Origin: the human T2T-CHM13v2.0 reference genome, Homo sapiens
DNA: 64,000 bases
Assembly: GCF_009914755.1 (NCBI RefSeq)
Contig: NC_060933.1
Direction: 5' to 3' (one strand)
The number at the start of each line of letters is the position of its first letter. The stretch's first letter is position 1. Made by a program: the position numbers and the translations under genes. Shown here in pieces: positions 1 through 14,100 of the stretch. The notes below the pieces were generated by a model, which ran no database searches, was not told the origin of the DNA, and saw only the letters and a program-made list of their open reading frames with translations.

Positions 1-217
1 CTCTTTCTGTAGTATCTGCAAACGGACATTTCAAACGCTTTCAGGCCTATGGTGAGAAAGGAAATATCTTCAAATAAAAACTAGACAGAAGCATTCTCAG
101 AAACTTATTTGCGATGTGTGTCCTCAACTAACAGAGTTGAACCTTTCTTTTGATACAACATTTTGGAAACACTCTTTTTGTAGAATCTGCAAGTGGATAT
201 TTGAATAGCTTTGAAGG

Positions 218-234
218 TTTCGTTGGAAACGGGA
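218..234 (+). promoter_or_regulatory. CENP-B box (first of many; canonical form in monomers A and C)
   Basis: TTTCGTTGGAAACGGGA matches the 17-bp consensus YTTCGTTGGAARCGGGA and recurs about every 340 bp across the window. Confidence 0.97.
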
Positions 235-559
235 ATATCTTCATATAAAATCAAGACAGAAGCATTCTCAGAAACTTCTCTGTGATGTTTGCATTCAACT
301 CATAGAGTTGAACACTTCCCTTCATACAGCAGGTTTGAAACACTCTTTTTCTAATATTTGGAAGTGGACATTTGCAGCGCTTTGAGGCCTATGTTGAAAA
401 AGGAAATATCTTCTCCTAAAAACCAGACAGAAGCATTCTCAGAAACTTCCTTGTGATGTGTGTACTCAAGTAACAGAGTTGAACCTTCCTTTTGACAGAG
501 CAGTTTTGAAGCACTCTTTTTGTAGAATCTGCAAGTGGATATTTTGATACCTTTGAGGA

Positions 560-576
560 TTTCGTTGGACACGGGA
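560..576 (+). promoter_or_regulatory. Variant CENP-B box of monomer E (core intact), one per HOR
   Basis: TTTCGTTGGACACGGGA keeps the essential NTTCGNNNNANNCGGGN core; only position 11 differs. Confidence 0.85.
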
Positions 577-603
577 TATCTTCATATAAAATCTAGACAG
601 AAG

Positions 604-774
604 CATTCTCAGAAACTTCTTTGTGCTGTATGTCCTCAATTAACAGAGTTGAACCTTTGTGTGGATACAGCATTTTGGAAACATTCCTTTAGTAGAATCT
701 GCAGGTGGATATTCGGATAGCTTTGAAGGTTTCGTTGGAAACGGGAATATCTTCATATAAAATCTAGACGGAAG
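604..774 (+). repeat. Hybrid F/C monomer (second copy at 5708-5878)
   Basis: The 5' part is F-type (GTGCTGTATGTCCTCAATT, ACATTCCTTTAGTAG) and the 3' part is C-type (GCAGGTGGATATTCGG, intact CENP-B box at 730). The ORF track ends ...RWIFG here rather than the usual ...KLIFR. Confidence 0.9.
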
Positions 775-945
775 CATTCTCAGAAACTGCTTTGTGATGT
801 TTTCATTCAAGTCACAGAGTAGAATGTTCCCTGTTATATACCAGGTTTGAGACACTCTTTCTGCACTACCTGGAAGTGGACGTTTGGAGCGCTTTGAGGC
901 CTATGTTGAAAAAGGAAATATCTTCCCATAAAAACTAGACAGAAG

Positions 946-1625
946 CATTCTCAGAAACTTGTTTGTGATGTGTGTATTCAACTAACAGAGATGAACCTTT
1001 CTTTTTACAGAGCAGTTTTGAAACACTCTTTTTGTGGAATCTGAAAGTGGATATTTGGATAGCTTTGAGGATTTCGTTGGAAACGGGATTACATATAAAA
1101 CCTAGAGAGAAGCATTCTCAGGAACTTCTTTGTGATGTTTGCATTCAAGTCACAGAACTGAACATTCCCTTTCATAGAGCAGGTTTGAAACACTCTTTCT
1201 GTAGTATCTGCAAGCTGACGTTTCAAGCGCTTTCAGGCCTATGGTGAGAAAGGAAATATCTTCAAGTAAAAACTAGACAGAAGCATTCTCAGAAACTTAT
1301 TTGCGATGTGTGTTCTCAACTAACAGAGTTGAACCTTTGTTTTGATATGGCATTTTGGAAACACTCTTTTTGTAGAATCTGCAGGTGGATATTCGGATAG
1401 CTTTGAAGGTTTCGTTGGAAACGGGAATATCTTCATATAAAATCTAGACGGAAGCATTCTCAGAAACTGCTTTGTGATGTTTTCATTCAAGTCACAGAGT
1501 AGAATGTTCCCTGTTATATACCAGGTTTGAGACACTCTTTCTGCACTACCTGGAAGTGGACATTTGCAGCGCTTTGAGGCCTATGATGAAAAAGGAAATA
1601 TCTTCCCATAAAAACTAGACAGAAG
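946..1625 (+). repeat. Example 680-bp tetramer sub-repeat (A-B-C-D)
   Basis: The A-monomer marker (ACTAACAGAGATGAACC; MYSTNRD ORF) recurs at 972, 1652 and 2332, a 680-bp spacing. Confidence 0.95.
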
Positions 1626-4600
1626 CATTCTCAGAAACTTGTTTGTGATGTGTGTATTCAACTAACAGAGATGAACCTTTCTTTTTACAGAGCAGTTTTG
1701 AAACACTCTTTTTGTGGAATCTGAAAGTGGATATTTGGATAGCTTTGAGGATTTCGTTGGAAACGGGATTACATATAAAATCTAGAGAGAAGCATTCTCA
1801 GGAACTTTTTTGTGATGTTTGCATTCACGTCACAGAACTGAACATTCCCTTTCATAGAGCATGTTTGAAACACTCTTTCTGTAGTATCTGCAAACGGACA
1901 TTTCAAACGCTTTCAGGCCTATGGTGAGAAAGGAAATATCTTCAAATAAAAACTAGACAGAAGCATTCTCAGAAACTTATTTGCGATGTGTGTCCTCAAC
2001 TAACAGAGTTGAACCTTTCTTTTGATACAACATTTTGGAAACACTCTTTTTGTAGAATCTGCAAGTGGATATTTGAATAGCTTTGAAGGTTTCGTTGGAA
2101 ACGGGAATATCTTCATATAAAATCAAGACAGAAGCATTCTCAGAAACTTCTCTGTGATGTTTGCATTCAACTCATAGAGTTGAACACTTCCCTTCATACA
2201 GCAGGATTGAAACACTCTCTTTGTAATATTTGGAAGTGGACATTTTCAGCGCTTTGAGGCCTATGATGAAAAAGGAAATATCTTCCCATAAAAACTAGAC
2301 AGAAGCATTCTCAGAAACTTGTTTGTGATGTGTGTATTCAACTAACAGAGATGAACCTTTCTTTTTACAGAGCAGTTTTGAAACACTCTTTTTGTGGAAT
2401 CTGAAAGTGGATATTTGGATAGCTTTGCGGATTTCGTTGGAAACGGGATTACATATAAAATCTAGGGAGAAGCATTCTCAGGAACTTCTTTGTGATGTTT
2501 GCATTCAAGTCACAGAACTGAACATTCCCTTTCATAGAGCATGTTTGAAACACTCTTTCTGCAGTATCTGCAAGCGGACGTTTTAAGCGCTTTCAGGCCT
2601 GTGGTGAGAAAGGAAATATCTTCAAATAAAAACTAGACAGAAGCATTCTCAGAAACTTATTTGCGATGTGTGTCCTCAACTAACAGAGTTGAACCTTTCT
2701 TTTGATACAACATTTTGGAAACACTCTTTTTGTAGAATCTGCAAGTGGATATTTGGATAGCTTTGAAGGTTTCGTTGGAAACGGGAATATCTTCATATGA
2801 AATCAAGACAGAAGCATTCTCAGAAACTTCTCTGTGATGTTTGCATTCAACTCATAGAGTTGAACACTTCCCTTCATACAGCAGGTTTGAAACACTCTTT
2901 TTCTAATATTTGGAAGTGGACATTTGCAGCGCTTTGAGGCCTATGTTGAAAAAGGAAATATCTTCTCCTAAAAACCAGACAGAAGCATTCTCAGAAACTT
3001 CCTTGTGATGTGTGTACTCAAGTAACAGAGTTGAACCTTCCTTTTGACAGAGCAGTTTTGAAGCACTCTTTTTGTAGAATCTGCAAGTGGATATTTTGAT
3101 ACCTTTGAGGATTTCGTTGGACACGGGATATCTTCATATAAAATCTAGACAGAAGCATTCTCAGAAACTTCTTTGTGCTGTATGTCCTCAATTAACAGAG
3201 TTGAACCTTTGTGTGGATACAGCATTTTGGAAACATTCCTTTAGTAGAATCTGCAAGTTGATATTTAGATAGCTAGGAAGATTTCCTTGGAAACGGGAAT
3301 ATCTTCATATAAAATCTAGACGGAAGCATTCTCAGAAAGTGCTTTGTGATGTTTGCATTCAAGTCACAGAGTTGAATATTCCCTTTTATAGAGCAGGTTT
3401 GAAACACTCTTTCTGCACTACCTGGAAGTGGACATTTGGAGCGCTTTGAGGCCTATGTTGAAAAAGGAAATATCTTCCCATAAAAACTAGACAGAAGCAT
3501 TCTCAGAAACTTGTTTGTGATGTGTGTATTCAACTAACAGAGATGAACCTTTCTTTTTACAGAGCAGTTTTGAAACACTCTTTTTGTGGAATCTGAAAGT
3601 GGATATTTGGATAGCTTTGAGGATTTCGTTGGAAACGGGATTACATATAAAACCTAGAGAGAAGCATTCTCAGGAACTTCTTTTTGATGTTTCCCTTCAA
3701 GTCACAGGACTGAACATTCCCTTTCATAGAGCAGGTTTGAAACACTCTTTCTGTGGTATCTGCAAGCTGACGTTTCAAGCGCTTTCAGGCCTATGGTGCG
3801 AAAGGAAATATCTTCAAGTAAAAACTAGACAGAAGCATTCTCAGAAACTTATTTGCCATGTGTGTTCTCAACTAACAGAGTTGAACCTTTGTTTTGATAC
3901 GGCATTTTGGAAACACTCTTTTTGTAGAATCTGCAGGTGGATATTCGGATAGCTTTGAAGGTTTCGTTGGAAACGGGAATATCTTCATATAAAATCTAGA
4001 CGGAAGCATTCTCAGAAACTGCTTTGTGATGTTTTCATTCAAGTCACAGAGTAGAATGTTCCCTGTTATATACCAGGTTTGAGACACTCTTTCTGCACTA
4101 CCTGGAAGTGGATGTTTGGAGCGCTTTGAGGCCTATGTTGAAAAAGGAAATATCTTCCCATAAAAACTAGACAGAAGCATTCTCAGAAACTTGTTTGTGA
4201 TGTGTGTATTCAACTAACAGAGATGAACCTTTCTTTTTACAGAGCAGTTTTGAAACACTCTTTTTGTGGAATCTGAAAGTGGATATTTGGATAGCTTTGA
4301 GGATTTCGTTGGAAACGGGATTACATATAAAACCTAGAGAGAAGCATTCTCAGGAACTTCTTTGTGATGTTTGCATTCAAGTCACAGAACTGAACATTCC
4401 CTTTCATAGAGCAGGTTTGAAACACTCTTTCTGTGGTATCTGCAAGCTGACGTTTCAAGCGCTTTCAGGCCTATGGTGAGAAAGGAAATATCTTCAAGTA
4501 AAAACTAGACAGAAGCATTCTCAGAAACTTATTTGCGATGTGTGTTCTCAACTAACAGAGTTGAACCTTTGTTTTGATATGGCATTTTGGAAACACTCTT

Positions 4601-7600
4601 TTTGTAGAATCTGCAGGTGGATATTCGGATAGCTTTGAAGGTTTCGTTGGAAACGGGAATATCTTCATATAAAATCTAGACGGAAGCATTCTCAGAAACT
4701 GCTTTGTGATGTTTTCATTCAAGTCACAGAGTAGAATGTTCCCTGTTATATACCAGGTTTGAGACACTCTTTCTGCACTACCTGGAAGTGGACATTTGCA
4801 GCGCTTTGAGGCCTATGATGAAAAAGGAAATATCTTCCCATAGAAACTAGACAGAAGCATTCTCAGAAACTTGTTTGTGATGTTTGTATTCAACTAACAG
4901 AGATGAACCTTTCTTTTTACAGAGCAGTTTTGAAACACTCTTTTTGTGGAATCTGAAAGTGGATATTTGGATAGCTTTGAGGATTTCGTTGGAAACGGGA
5001 TTACATATAAAATCTAGAGAGAAGCATTCTCAGGAACTTCTTTGTGATGTTTGCATTCACGTCACAGAACTGAACATTCCCTTTCATAGAGCATGTTTGA
5101 AACACTCTTTCTGTAGTATCTGCAAACGGACATTTCAAACGCTTTCAGGCCTATGGTGAGAAAGGAAATATCTTCAAATAAAAACTAGACAGAAGCATTC
5201 TCAGAAACTTATTTGCGATGTGTGTCCTCAACTAACAGAGTTGAACCTTTCTTTTGATACAACATTTTGGAAACACTCTTTTTGTAGAATCTGCAAGTGG
5301 ATATTTGAATAGCTTTGAAGGTTTCGTTGGAAACGGGAATATCTTCATATAAAATCAAGACAGAAGCATTCTCAGAAACTTCTCTGTGATGTTTGCATTC
5401 AACTCATAGAGTTGAACACTTCCCTTCATACAGCAGGTTTGAAACACTCTTTTTCTAATATTTGGAAGTGGACATTTGCAGCGCTTTGAGGCCTATGTTG
5501 AAAAAGGAAATATCTTCTCCTAAAAACCAGACAGAAGCATTCTCAGAAACTTCCTTGTGATGTGTGTACTCAAGTAACAGAGTTGAACCTTCCTTTTGAC
5601 AGAGCAGTTTTGAAGCACTCTTTTTGTAGAATCTGCAAGTGGATATTTTGATACCTTTGAGGATTTCGTTGGACACGGGATATCTTCATATAAAATCTAG
5701 ACAGAAGCATTCTCAGAAACTTCTTTGTGCTGTATGTCCTCAATTAACAGAGTTGAACCTTTGTGTGGATACAGCATTTTGGAAACATTCCTTTAGTAGA
5801 ATCTGCAGGTGGATATTCGGATAGCTTTGAAGGTTTCGTTGGAAACGGGAATATCTTCATATAAAATCTAGACGGAAGCATTCTCAGAAACTGCTTTGTG
5901 ATGTTTTCATTCAAGTCACAGAGTAGAATGTTCCCTGTTATATACCAGGTTTGAGACACTCTTTCTGCACTACCTGGAAGTGGACGTTTGGAGCGCTTTG
6001 AGGCCTATGTTGAAAAAGGAAATATCTTCCCATAAAAACTAGACAGAAGCATTCTCAGAAACTTGTTTGTGATGTGTGTATTCAACTAACAGAGATGAAC
6101 CTTTCTTTTTACAGAGCAGTTTTGAAACACTCTTTTTGTGGAATCTGAAAGTGGATATTTGGATAGCTTTGAGGATTTCGTTGGAAACGGGATTACATAT
6201 AAAACCTAGAGAGAAGCATTCTCAGGAACTTCTTTGTGATGTTTGCATTCAAGTCACAGAACTGAACATTCCCTTTCATAGAGCAGGTTTGAAACACTCT
6301 TTCTGTAGTATCTGCAAGCTGACGTTTCAAGCGCTTTCAGGCCTATGGTGAGAAAGGAAATATCTTCAAGTAAAAACTAGACTGAAGCATTCTCAGAAAC
6401 TTATTTGCGATGTGTGTTCTCAACTAACAGAGTTGAACCTTTGTTTTGATATGGCATTTTGGAAACACTCTTTTTGTAGAATCTGCAGGTGGATATTCGG
6501 ATAGCTTTGAAGGTTTCGTTGGAAACGGGAATATCTTCATATAAAATCTAGACGGAAGCATTCTCAGAAACTGCTTTGTGATGTTTTCATTCAAGTCACA
6601 GAGTAGAATGTTCCCTGTTATATACCAGGTTTGAGACACTCTTTCTGCACTACCTGGAAGTGGACATTTGCAGCGCTTTGAGGCCTATGATGAAAAAGGA
6701 AATATCTTCCCATAAAAACTAGACAGAAGCATTCTCAGAAACTTGTTTGTGATGTGTGTATTCAACTAACAGAGATGAACCTTTCTTTTTACAGAGCAGT
6801 TTTGAAACACTCTTTTTGTGGAATCTGAAAGTGGATATTTGGATAGCTTTGAGGATTTCGTTGGAAACGGGATTACATATAAAATCTAGAGAGAAGCATT
6901 CTCAGGAACTTTTTTGTGATGTTTGCATTCAAGTCACAGAACTGAACATTCCCTTTCATAGAGCATGTTTGAAACACTCTTTCTGTAGTATCTGCAAACG
7001 GACATTTCAAACGCTTTCAGGCCTATGGTGAGAAAGGAAATATCTTCAAATAAAAACTAGACAGAAGCATTCTCAGAAACTTATTTGCGATGTGTGTCCT
7101 CAACTAACAGAGTTGAACCTTTCTTTTGATACAACATTTTGGAAACACTCTTTTTGTAGAATCTGCAAGTGGATATTTGAATAGCTTTGAAGGTTTCGTT
7201 GGAAACGGGAATATCTTCATATAAAATCAAGACAGAAGCATTCTCAGAAACTTCTCTGTGATGTTTGCATTCAACTCATAGAGTTGAACACTTCCCTTCA
7301 TACAGCAGGATTGAAACACTCTCTTTGTAATATTTGGAAGTGGACATTTTCAGCGCTTTGAGGCCTATGATGAAAAAGGAAATATCTTCCCATAAAAACT
7401 AGACAGAAGCATTCTCAGAAACTTGTTTGTGATGTGTGTATTCAACTAACAGAGATGAACCTTTCTTTTTACAGAGCAGTTTTGAAACACTCTTTTTGTG
7501 GAATCTGAAAGTGGATATTTGGATAGCTTTGCGGATTTCGTTGGAAACGGGATTACATATAAAATCTAGGGAGAAGCATTCTCAGGAACTTCTTTGTGAT

Positions 7601-10600
7601 GTTTGCATTCAAGTCACAGAACTGAACATTCCCTTTCATAGAGCATGTTTGATACACTCTTTCTGTAGTATCTGCAAGCGGACGTTTTAAGCGCTTTCAG
7701 GCCTGTGGTGAGAAAGGAAATATCTTCAAATAAAAACTAGACGGAAGCATTCTCAGAAACTTATTTGCGATGTGTGTCCTCAACTAACAGAGTTGAACCT
7801 TTCTTTTGATACAACATTTTGGAAACACTCTTTTTGTAGAATCTGCAAGTGGATATTTGGATAGCTTTGAAGGTTTCGTTGGAAACGGGAATATCTTCAT
7901 ATAAAATCAAGACAGAAGCATTCTCAGAAACTTCTCTGTGATGTTTGCATTCAACTCATAGAGTTGAACACTTCCCTTCATACAGCAGGTTTGAAACACT
8001 CTTTTTCTAATATTTGGAAGTGGACATTTGCAGCGCTTTGAGGCCTATGTTGAAAAAGGAAATATCTTCTCCTAAAAACCAGACAGAAGCATTCTCAGAA
8101 ACCTCCTTGTGATGTGTGTGCTCAAGTAACAGAGTTGAACCTTCCTTTTGACAGAGCAGTTTTGAAGCACTCTTTTTGTAGAATCTGCAAGTGGATATTT
8201 TGATACCTTTGAGGATTTCGTTGGACACGGGATATCTTCATATAAAATCTAGACAGAAGCATTCTCAGAAACTTCTTTGTGCTGTATGTCCTCAATTAAC
8301 AGAGTTGAACCTTTGTGTGGATACAGCATTTTGGAAACATTCCTTTAGTAGAATCTGCAAGTTGATATTTAGATAGCTAGGAAGATTTCCTTGGAAACGG
8401 GAATATCTTCATATAAAATCTAGACGGAAGCATTCTCAGAAAGTGCTTTGTGATGTTTGCATTCAAGTCACAGAGTTGAATATTCCCTTTTATAGAGCAG
8501 GTTTGAAACACTCTTTCTGCACTACCTGGAAGTGGACATTTGGAGCGCTTTGAGGCCTATGTTGAAAAAGGAAATATCTTCCCATAAAAACTAGACAGAA
8601 GCATTCTCAGAAACTTGTTTGTGATGTGTGTATTCAACTAACAGAGATGAACCTTTCTTTTTACAGAGCAGTTTTGAAACACTCTTTTTGTGGAATCTGA
8701 AAGTGGATATTTGGATAGCTTTGAGGATTTCGTTGGAAACGGGATTACATATAAAACCTAGAGAGAAGCATTCTCAGGAACTTCTTTGTGATGTTTGCAT
8801 TCAAGTCACAGAACTGAACATTCCCTTTCATAGAGCAGGTTTGAAACACTCTTTCTGTGGTATCTGCAAGCTGACGTTTCAAGCGCTTTCAGGCCTATGG
8901 TGAGAAAGGAAATATCTTCAAGTAAAAACTAGACAGAAGCATTCTCAGAAACTTATTTGCCATGTGTGTTCTCAACTAACAGAGTTGAACCTTTGTTTTG
9001 ATACGGCATTTTGGAAACACTCTTTTTGTAGAATCTGCAGGTGGATATTCGGATAGCTTTGAAGGTTTCGTTGGAAACGGGAATATCTTCATATAAAATC
9101 TAGACGGAAGCATTCTCAGAAACTGCTTTGTGATGTTTTCATTCAAGTCACAGAGTAGAATGTTCCCTGTTATATACCAGGTTTGAGACACTCTTTCTGC
9201 ACTACCTGGAAGTGGATGTTTGGAGCGCTTTGAGGCCTATGTTGAAAAAGGAAATATCTTCCCATAAAAACTAGACAGAAGCATTCTCAGAAACTTGTTT
9301 GTGATGTGTGTATTCAACTAACAGAGATGAACCTTTCTTTTTACAGAGCAGTTTTGAAACACTCTTTTTGTGGAATCTGAAAGTGGATATTTGGATAGCT
9401 TTGAGGATTTCGTTGGAAACGGGATTACATATAAAACCTAGAGAGAAGCATTCTCAGGAACTTCTTTGTGATGTTTGCATTCAAGTCACAGAACTGAACA
9501 TTCCCTTTCATAGAGCAGGTTTGAAACACTCTTTCTGTAGTATCTGCAAGCTGACGTTTCAAGCGCTTTCAGGCCTATGGTGAGAAAGGAAATATCTTCA
9601 AATAAAAACTAGACAGAAGCATTCTCAGAAACTTATTTGCGATGTGTGTTCTCAACTAACAGAGTTGAACCTTTGTTTTGATATGGCATTTTGGAAACAC
9701 TCTTTTTGTAGAATCTGCAGGTGGATATTCGGATAGCTTTGAAGGTTTCGTTGGAAACGGGAATATCTTCATATAAAATCTAGACGGAAGCATTCTCAGA
9801 AACTGCTTTGTGATGTTTTCATTCAAGTCACAGAGTAGAATGCTCCCTTTTATATACCAGGTTTGAGACACTCTTTCTGCACTACCTGGAAGTGGACATT
9901 TGCAGCGCTTTGAGGCCTATGATGAAAAAGGAAATATCTTCCCATAAAAACTAGACAGAAGCATTCTCAGAAACTTGTTTGTGATGTTTGTATTCAACTA
10001 ACAGAGATGAACCTTTCTTTTTACAGAGCAGTTTTGAAACACTCTTTTTGTGGAATCTGAAAGTGGATATTTGGATAGCTTTGAGGATTTCGTTGGAAAC
10101 GGGATTACATATAAAATCTAGAGAGAAGCATTCTCAGGAACTTCTTTGTGATGTTTGCATTCACGTCACAGAACTGAACATTCCCTTTCATAGAGCATGT
10201 TTGAAACACTCTTTCTGTAGTATCTGCAAACGGACATTTCAAACGCTTTCAGGCCTATGGTGAGAAAGGAAATATCTTCAAATAAAAACTAGACAGAAGC
10301 ATTCTCAGAAACTTATTTGCGATGTGTGTCCTCAACTAACAGAGTTGAACCTTTCTTTTGATACAACATTTTGGAAACACTCTTTTTGTAGAATCTGCAA
10401 GTGGATATTTGAATAGCTTTGAAGGTTTCGTTGGAAACGGGAATATCTTCATATAAAATCAAGACAGAAGCATTCTCAGAAACTTCTCTGTGATGTTTGC
10501 ATTCAACTCATAGAGTTGAACACTTCCCTTCATACAGCAGGTTTGAAACACTCTTTTTCTAATATTTGGAAGTGGACATTTGCAGCGCTTTGAGGCCTAT

Positions 10601-11153
10601 GTTGAAAAAGGAAATATCTTCTCCTAAAAACCAGACAGAAGCATTCTCAGAAACTTCCTTGTGATGTGTGTACTCAAGTAACAGAGTTGAACCTTCCTTT
10701 TGACAGAGCAGTTTTGAAGCACTCTTTTTGTAGAATCTGCAAGTGGATATTTTGATACCTTTGAGGATTTCGTTGGACACGGGATATCTTCATATAAAAT
10801 CTAGACAGAAGCATTCTCAGAAACTTCTTTGTGCTGTATGTCCTCAATTAACAGAGTTGAACCTTTGTGTGGATACAGCATTTTGGAAACATTCCTTTAG
10901 TAGAATCTGCAAGTTGATATTTAGATAGCTAGGAAGATTTCCTTGGAAACGGGAATATCTTCATATAAAATCTAGACGGAAGCATTCTCAGAAAGTGCTT
11001 TGTGATGTTTGCATTCAAGTCACAGAGTTGAATATTCCCTTTTATAGAGCAGGTTTGAAACACTCTTTCTGCACTACCTGGAAGTGGACATTTGGAGCGC
11101 TTTGAGGCCTATGTTGAAAAAGTAAATATCTTCCCATAAAAACTAGACAGAAG

Positions 11154-14100
11154 CATTCTCAGAAACTTGTTTGTGATGTGTGTATTCAACTAACAGAGAT
11201 GAACCTTTCTTTTTACAGAGCAGTTTTGAAACACTCTTTTTGTGGAATCTGAAAGTGGATATTTGGATAGCTTTGAGGATTTCGTTGGAAACGGGATTAC
11301 ATATAAAACCTAGAGAGAAGCATTCTCAGGAACTTCTTTGTGATGTTTGCATTCAAGTCACAGAACTGAACATTCCCTTTCATAGAGCAGGTTTGAAACA
11401 CTCTTTCTGTAGTATCTGCAAGCTGACGTTTCAAGCGCTTTCAGGCCTATGGTGAGAAAGGAAATATCTTCAAGTAAAAACTAGACAGAAGCATTCTCAG
11501 AAACTTATTTGCCATGTGTGTTCTCAACTAACAGAGTTGAACCTTTGTTTTGAAACGGCATTTTGGAAACACTCTTTTTGTAGAATCTGCAGGTGGATAT
11601 TCGGATAGCTTTGAAGGTTTCGTTGGAAACGGGAATATCTTCATATAAAATCTAGACGGAAGCATTCTCAGAAACTGCTTTGTGATGTTTTCATTCAAGT
11701 CACAGAGTAGAATGTTCCCTGTTATATACCAGGTTTGAGACACTCTTTCTGCACTACCTGGAAGTGGACGTTTGGAGCGCTTTGAGGCCTATGTTGAAAA
11801 AGGAAATATCTTCCCATAAAAACTAGACAGAAGCATTCTCAGAAACTTGTTTGTGATGTGTGTATTCAACTAACAGAGATGAACCTTTCTTTTTACAGAG
11901 CAGTTTTGAAACACTCTTTTTGTGGAATCTGAAAGTGGATATTTGGATAGCTTTGAGGATTTCGTTGGAAACGGGATTACATATATAACCTAGAGAGAAG
12001 CATTCTCAGGAACTGCTTTGTGATGTTTGCATTCAAGTCACAGAACTGAACATTCCCTTTCATAGAGCAGGTTTGAAACACTCTTTCTGTAGTATCTGCA
12101 AGCTGACGTTTCAAGCGCTTTCAGGCCTATGGTGAGAAAGGAAATATCTTCAAGTAAAAACTAGACAGAAGCATTCTCAGAAACTTATTTGCGATGTGTG
12201 TTCTCAACTAACAGAGTTGAACCTTTGTTTTGATATGGCATTTTGGAAACACTCTTTTTGTAGAATCTGCAGGTGGATATTCGGATAGCTTTGAAGGTTT
12301 CGTTGGAAACGGGAATATCTTCATATAAAATCTAGACGGAAGCATTCTCAGAAACTGCTTTGTGATGTTTTCATTCAAGTCACAGAGTAGAATGTTCCCT
12401 GTTATATACCAGGTTTGAGACACTCTTTCTGCACTACCTGGAAGTGGACATTTGCAGCGCTTTGAGGCCTATGATGAAAAAGGAAATATCTTCCCATAAA
12501 AACTAGACAGAAGCATTCTCAGAAACTTGTTTGTGATGTGTGTATTCAACTAACAGAGATGAACCTTTCTTTTTACAGAGCAGTTTTGAAACACTCTTTT
12601 TGTGGAATCTGAAAGTGGATATTTGGATAGCTTTGAGGATTTCGTTGGAAACGGGAGTACATATAAAATCTAGAGAGAAGCATTCTCAGGAACTTCTTTG
12701 TGATGTTTGCATTCAAGTCACAGAACTGAACATTCCCTTTCATAGAGTATGTTTGAAACACTCTTTCTGTAGTATCTGCAAACGGACATTTCAAACGCTT
12801 TCAGGCCTATGGTGAGAAAGGAAATATCTTCAAATAAAAACTAGACAGAAGCATTCTCAGAAACTTATTTGCGATGTGTGTCCTCAACTAACAGAGTTGA
12901 ACCTTTCTTTTGATACAACATTTTGGAAACACTCTTTTTGTAGAATCTGCAAGTGGATATTTGAATAGCTTTGAAGGTTTCGTTGGAAACGGGAATATCT
13001 TCATATAAAATCAAGACAGAAGCATTCTCAGAAACTTCTCTGTGATGTTTGCCTTCAACTCATAGAGTTGAACACTTCCTTCATACAGCAGGTTTGAAAC
13101 ACTCTTTTTGTAATATTTGGAAGTGGACATTTGCAGCGCTTTGAGGCCTGTGATGAAAAAGGTAATATCTTCCCATAAAAACTAGACAGAAGCATTCTCA
13201 GAAACTTGTTTGAGATGTGTGTATTCAACTAACAGAGATGAACCTTTCTTTTTACAGAGCAGTTTTGAAACACTCTTTTTGTGGAATCTGAAAGTGGATA
13301 TTTGGATAGCTTTGAGGATTTCGTTGGAAACGGGATTACATATAAAATCTAGGGAGAAGCATTCTCAGGAACTTCTTTGTGATGTTTGCATTCAAGTCAC
13401 AGAACTGAACATTCCCTTTCATAGATCAGGTTTGAAACACTCTTTATGTAGTATCTGCAAGCGGACGTTTTAAGCGGTTTCAGGCCTGTGGTGAGAAAGG
13501 AAATATCTTCAAGTAAAAACTAGAGAGAAGCATTCTCAGAAACTTATTTGCCATGTGTGTTCTCAACTAACAGAGTTGAACCTTTGTTTTGATACGGCAT
13601 TTTGGAAACACTCTTTTTGTAGAATCTGCAGGTGGATATTCGGATAGCTTTGAAGGTTTCGTTGGAAACGGGAATATCTTCATATAAAATCTAGACGGAA
13701 GCATTCTCAGAAACTGCTTTGTGATGTTTTCATTCAAGTCACAGTGTAGAATGTTCCCTGTTATATACCAGGTTTGAGACACTCTTTCTGCACTACCTGG
13801 AAGTGGACGTTTGGAGCGCTTTGAGGCCTATGTTGAAAAAGGAAATATCTTCCCATAAAAACTAGACAGAAGCATTCTCAGAAACTTGTTTGTGATGTGT
13901 GTATTCAACTAACAGAGATGAACCTTTCTTTTTACAGAGTAGTTTTGAAACACTCTTTTTGTGGAATCTGAAAGTGGATATTTGGATAGCTTTGCGGATT
14001 TCGTTGGAAACGGGATTACATATAAAATCTAGGGAGAAGCATTCTCAGGAACTTCTTTGTGATGTTTGCATTCAAGTCACAGAACTGAACATTCCCTTTC

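Larger units (their letters stand above)
1..10900 (+). repeat. Tandem duplication with a 5104-bp period (two 15-mers, 30 monomers)
   Basis: Private features repeat at +5104: F/C hybrid (604/5708), GGAACTTTTTTGTG (~1801/~6905), GCAGGATTGAAACACTCTCT (~2201/~7305), GGATGTTTGGA (~4110/~9214), GATGTTTGTATT (~4879/~9983). Confidence 0.88.
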
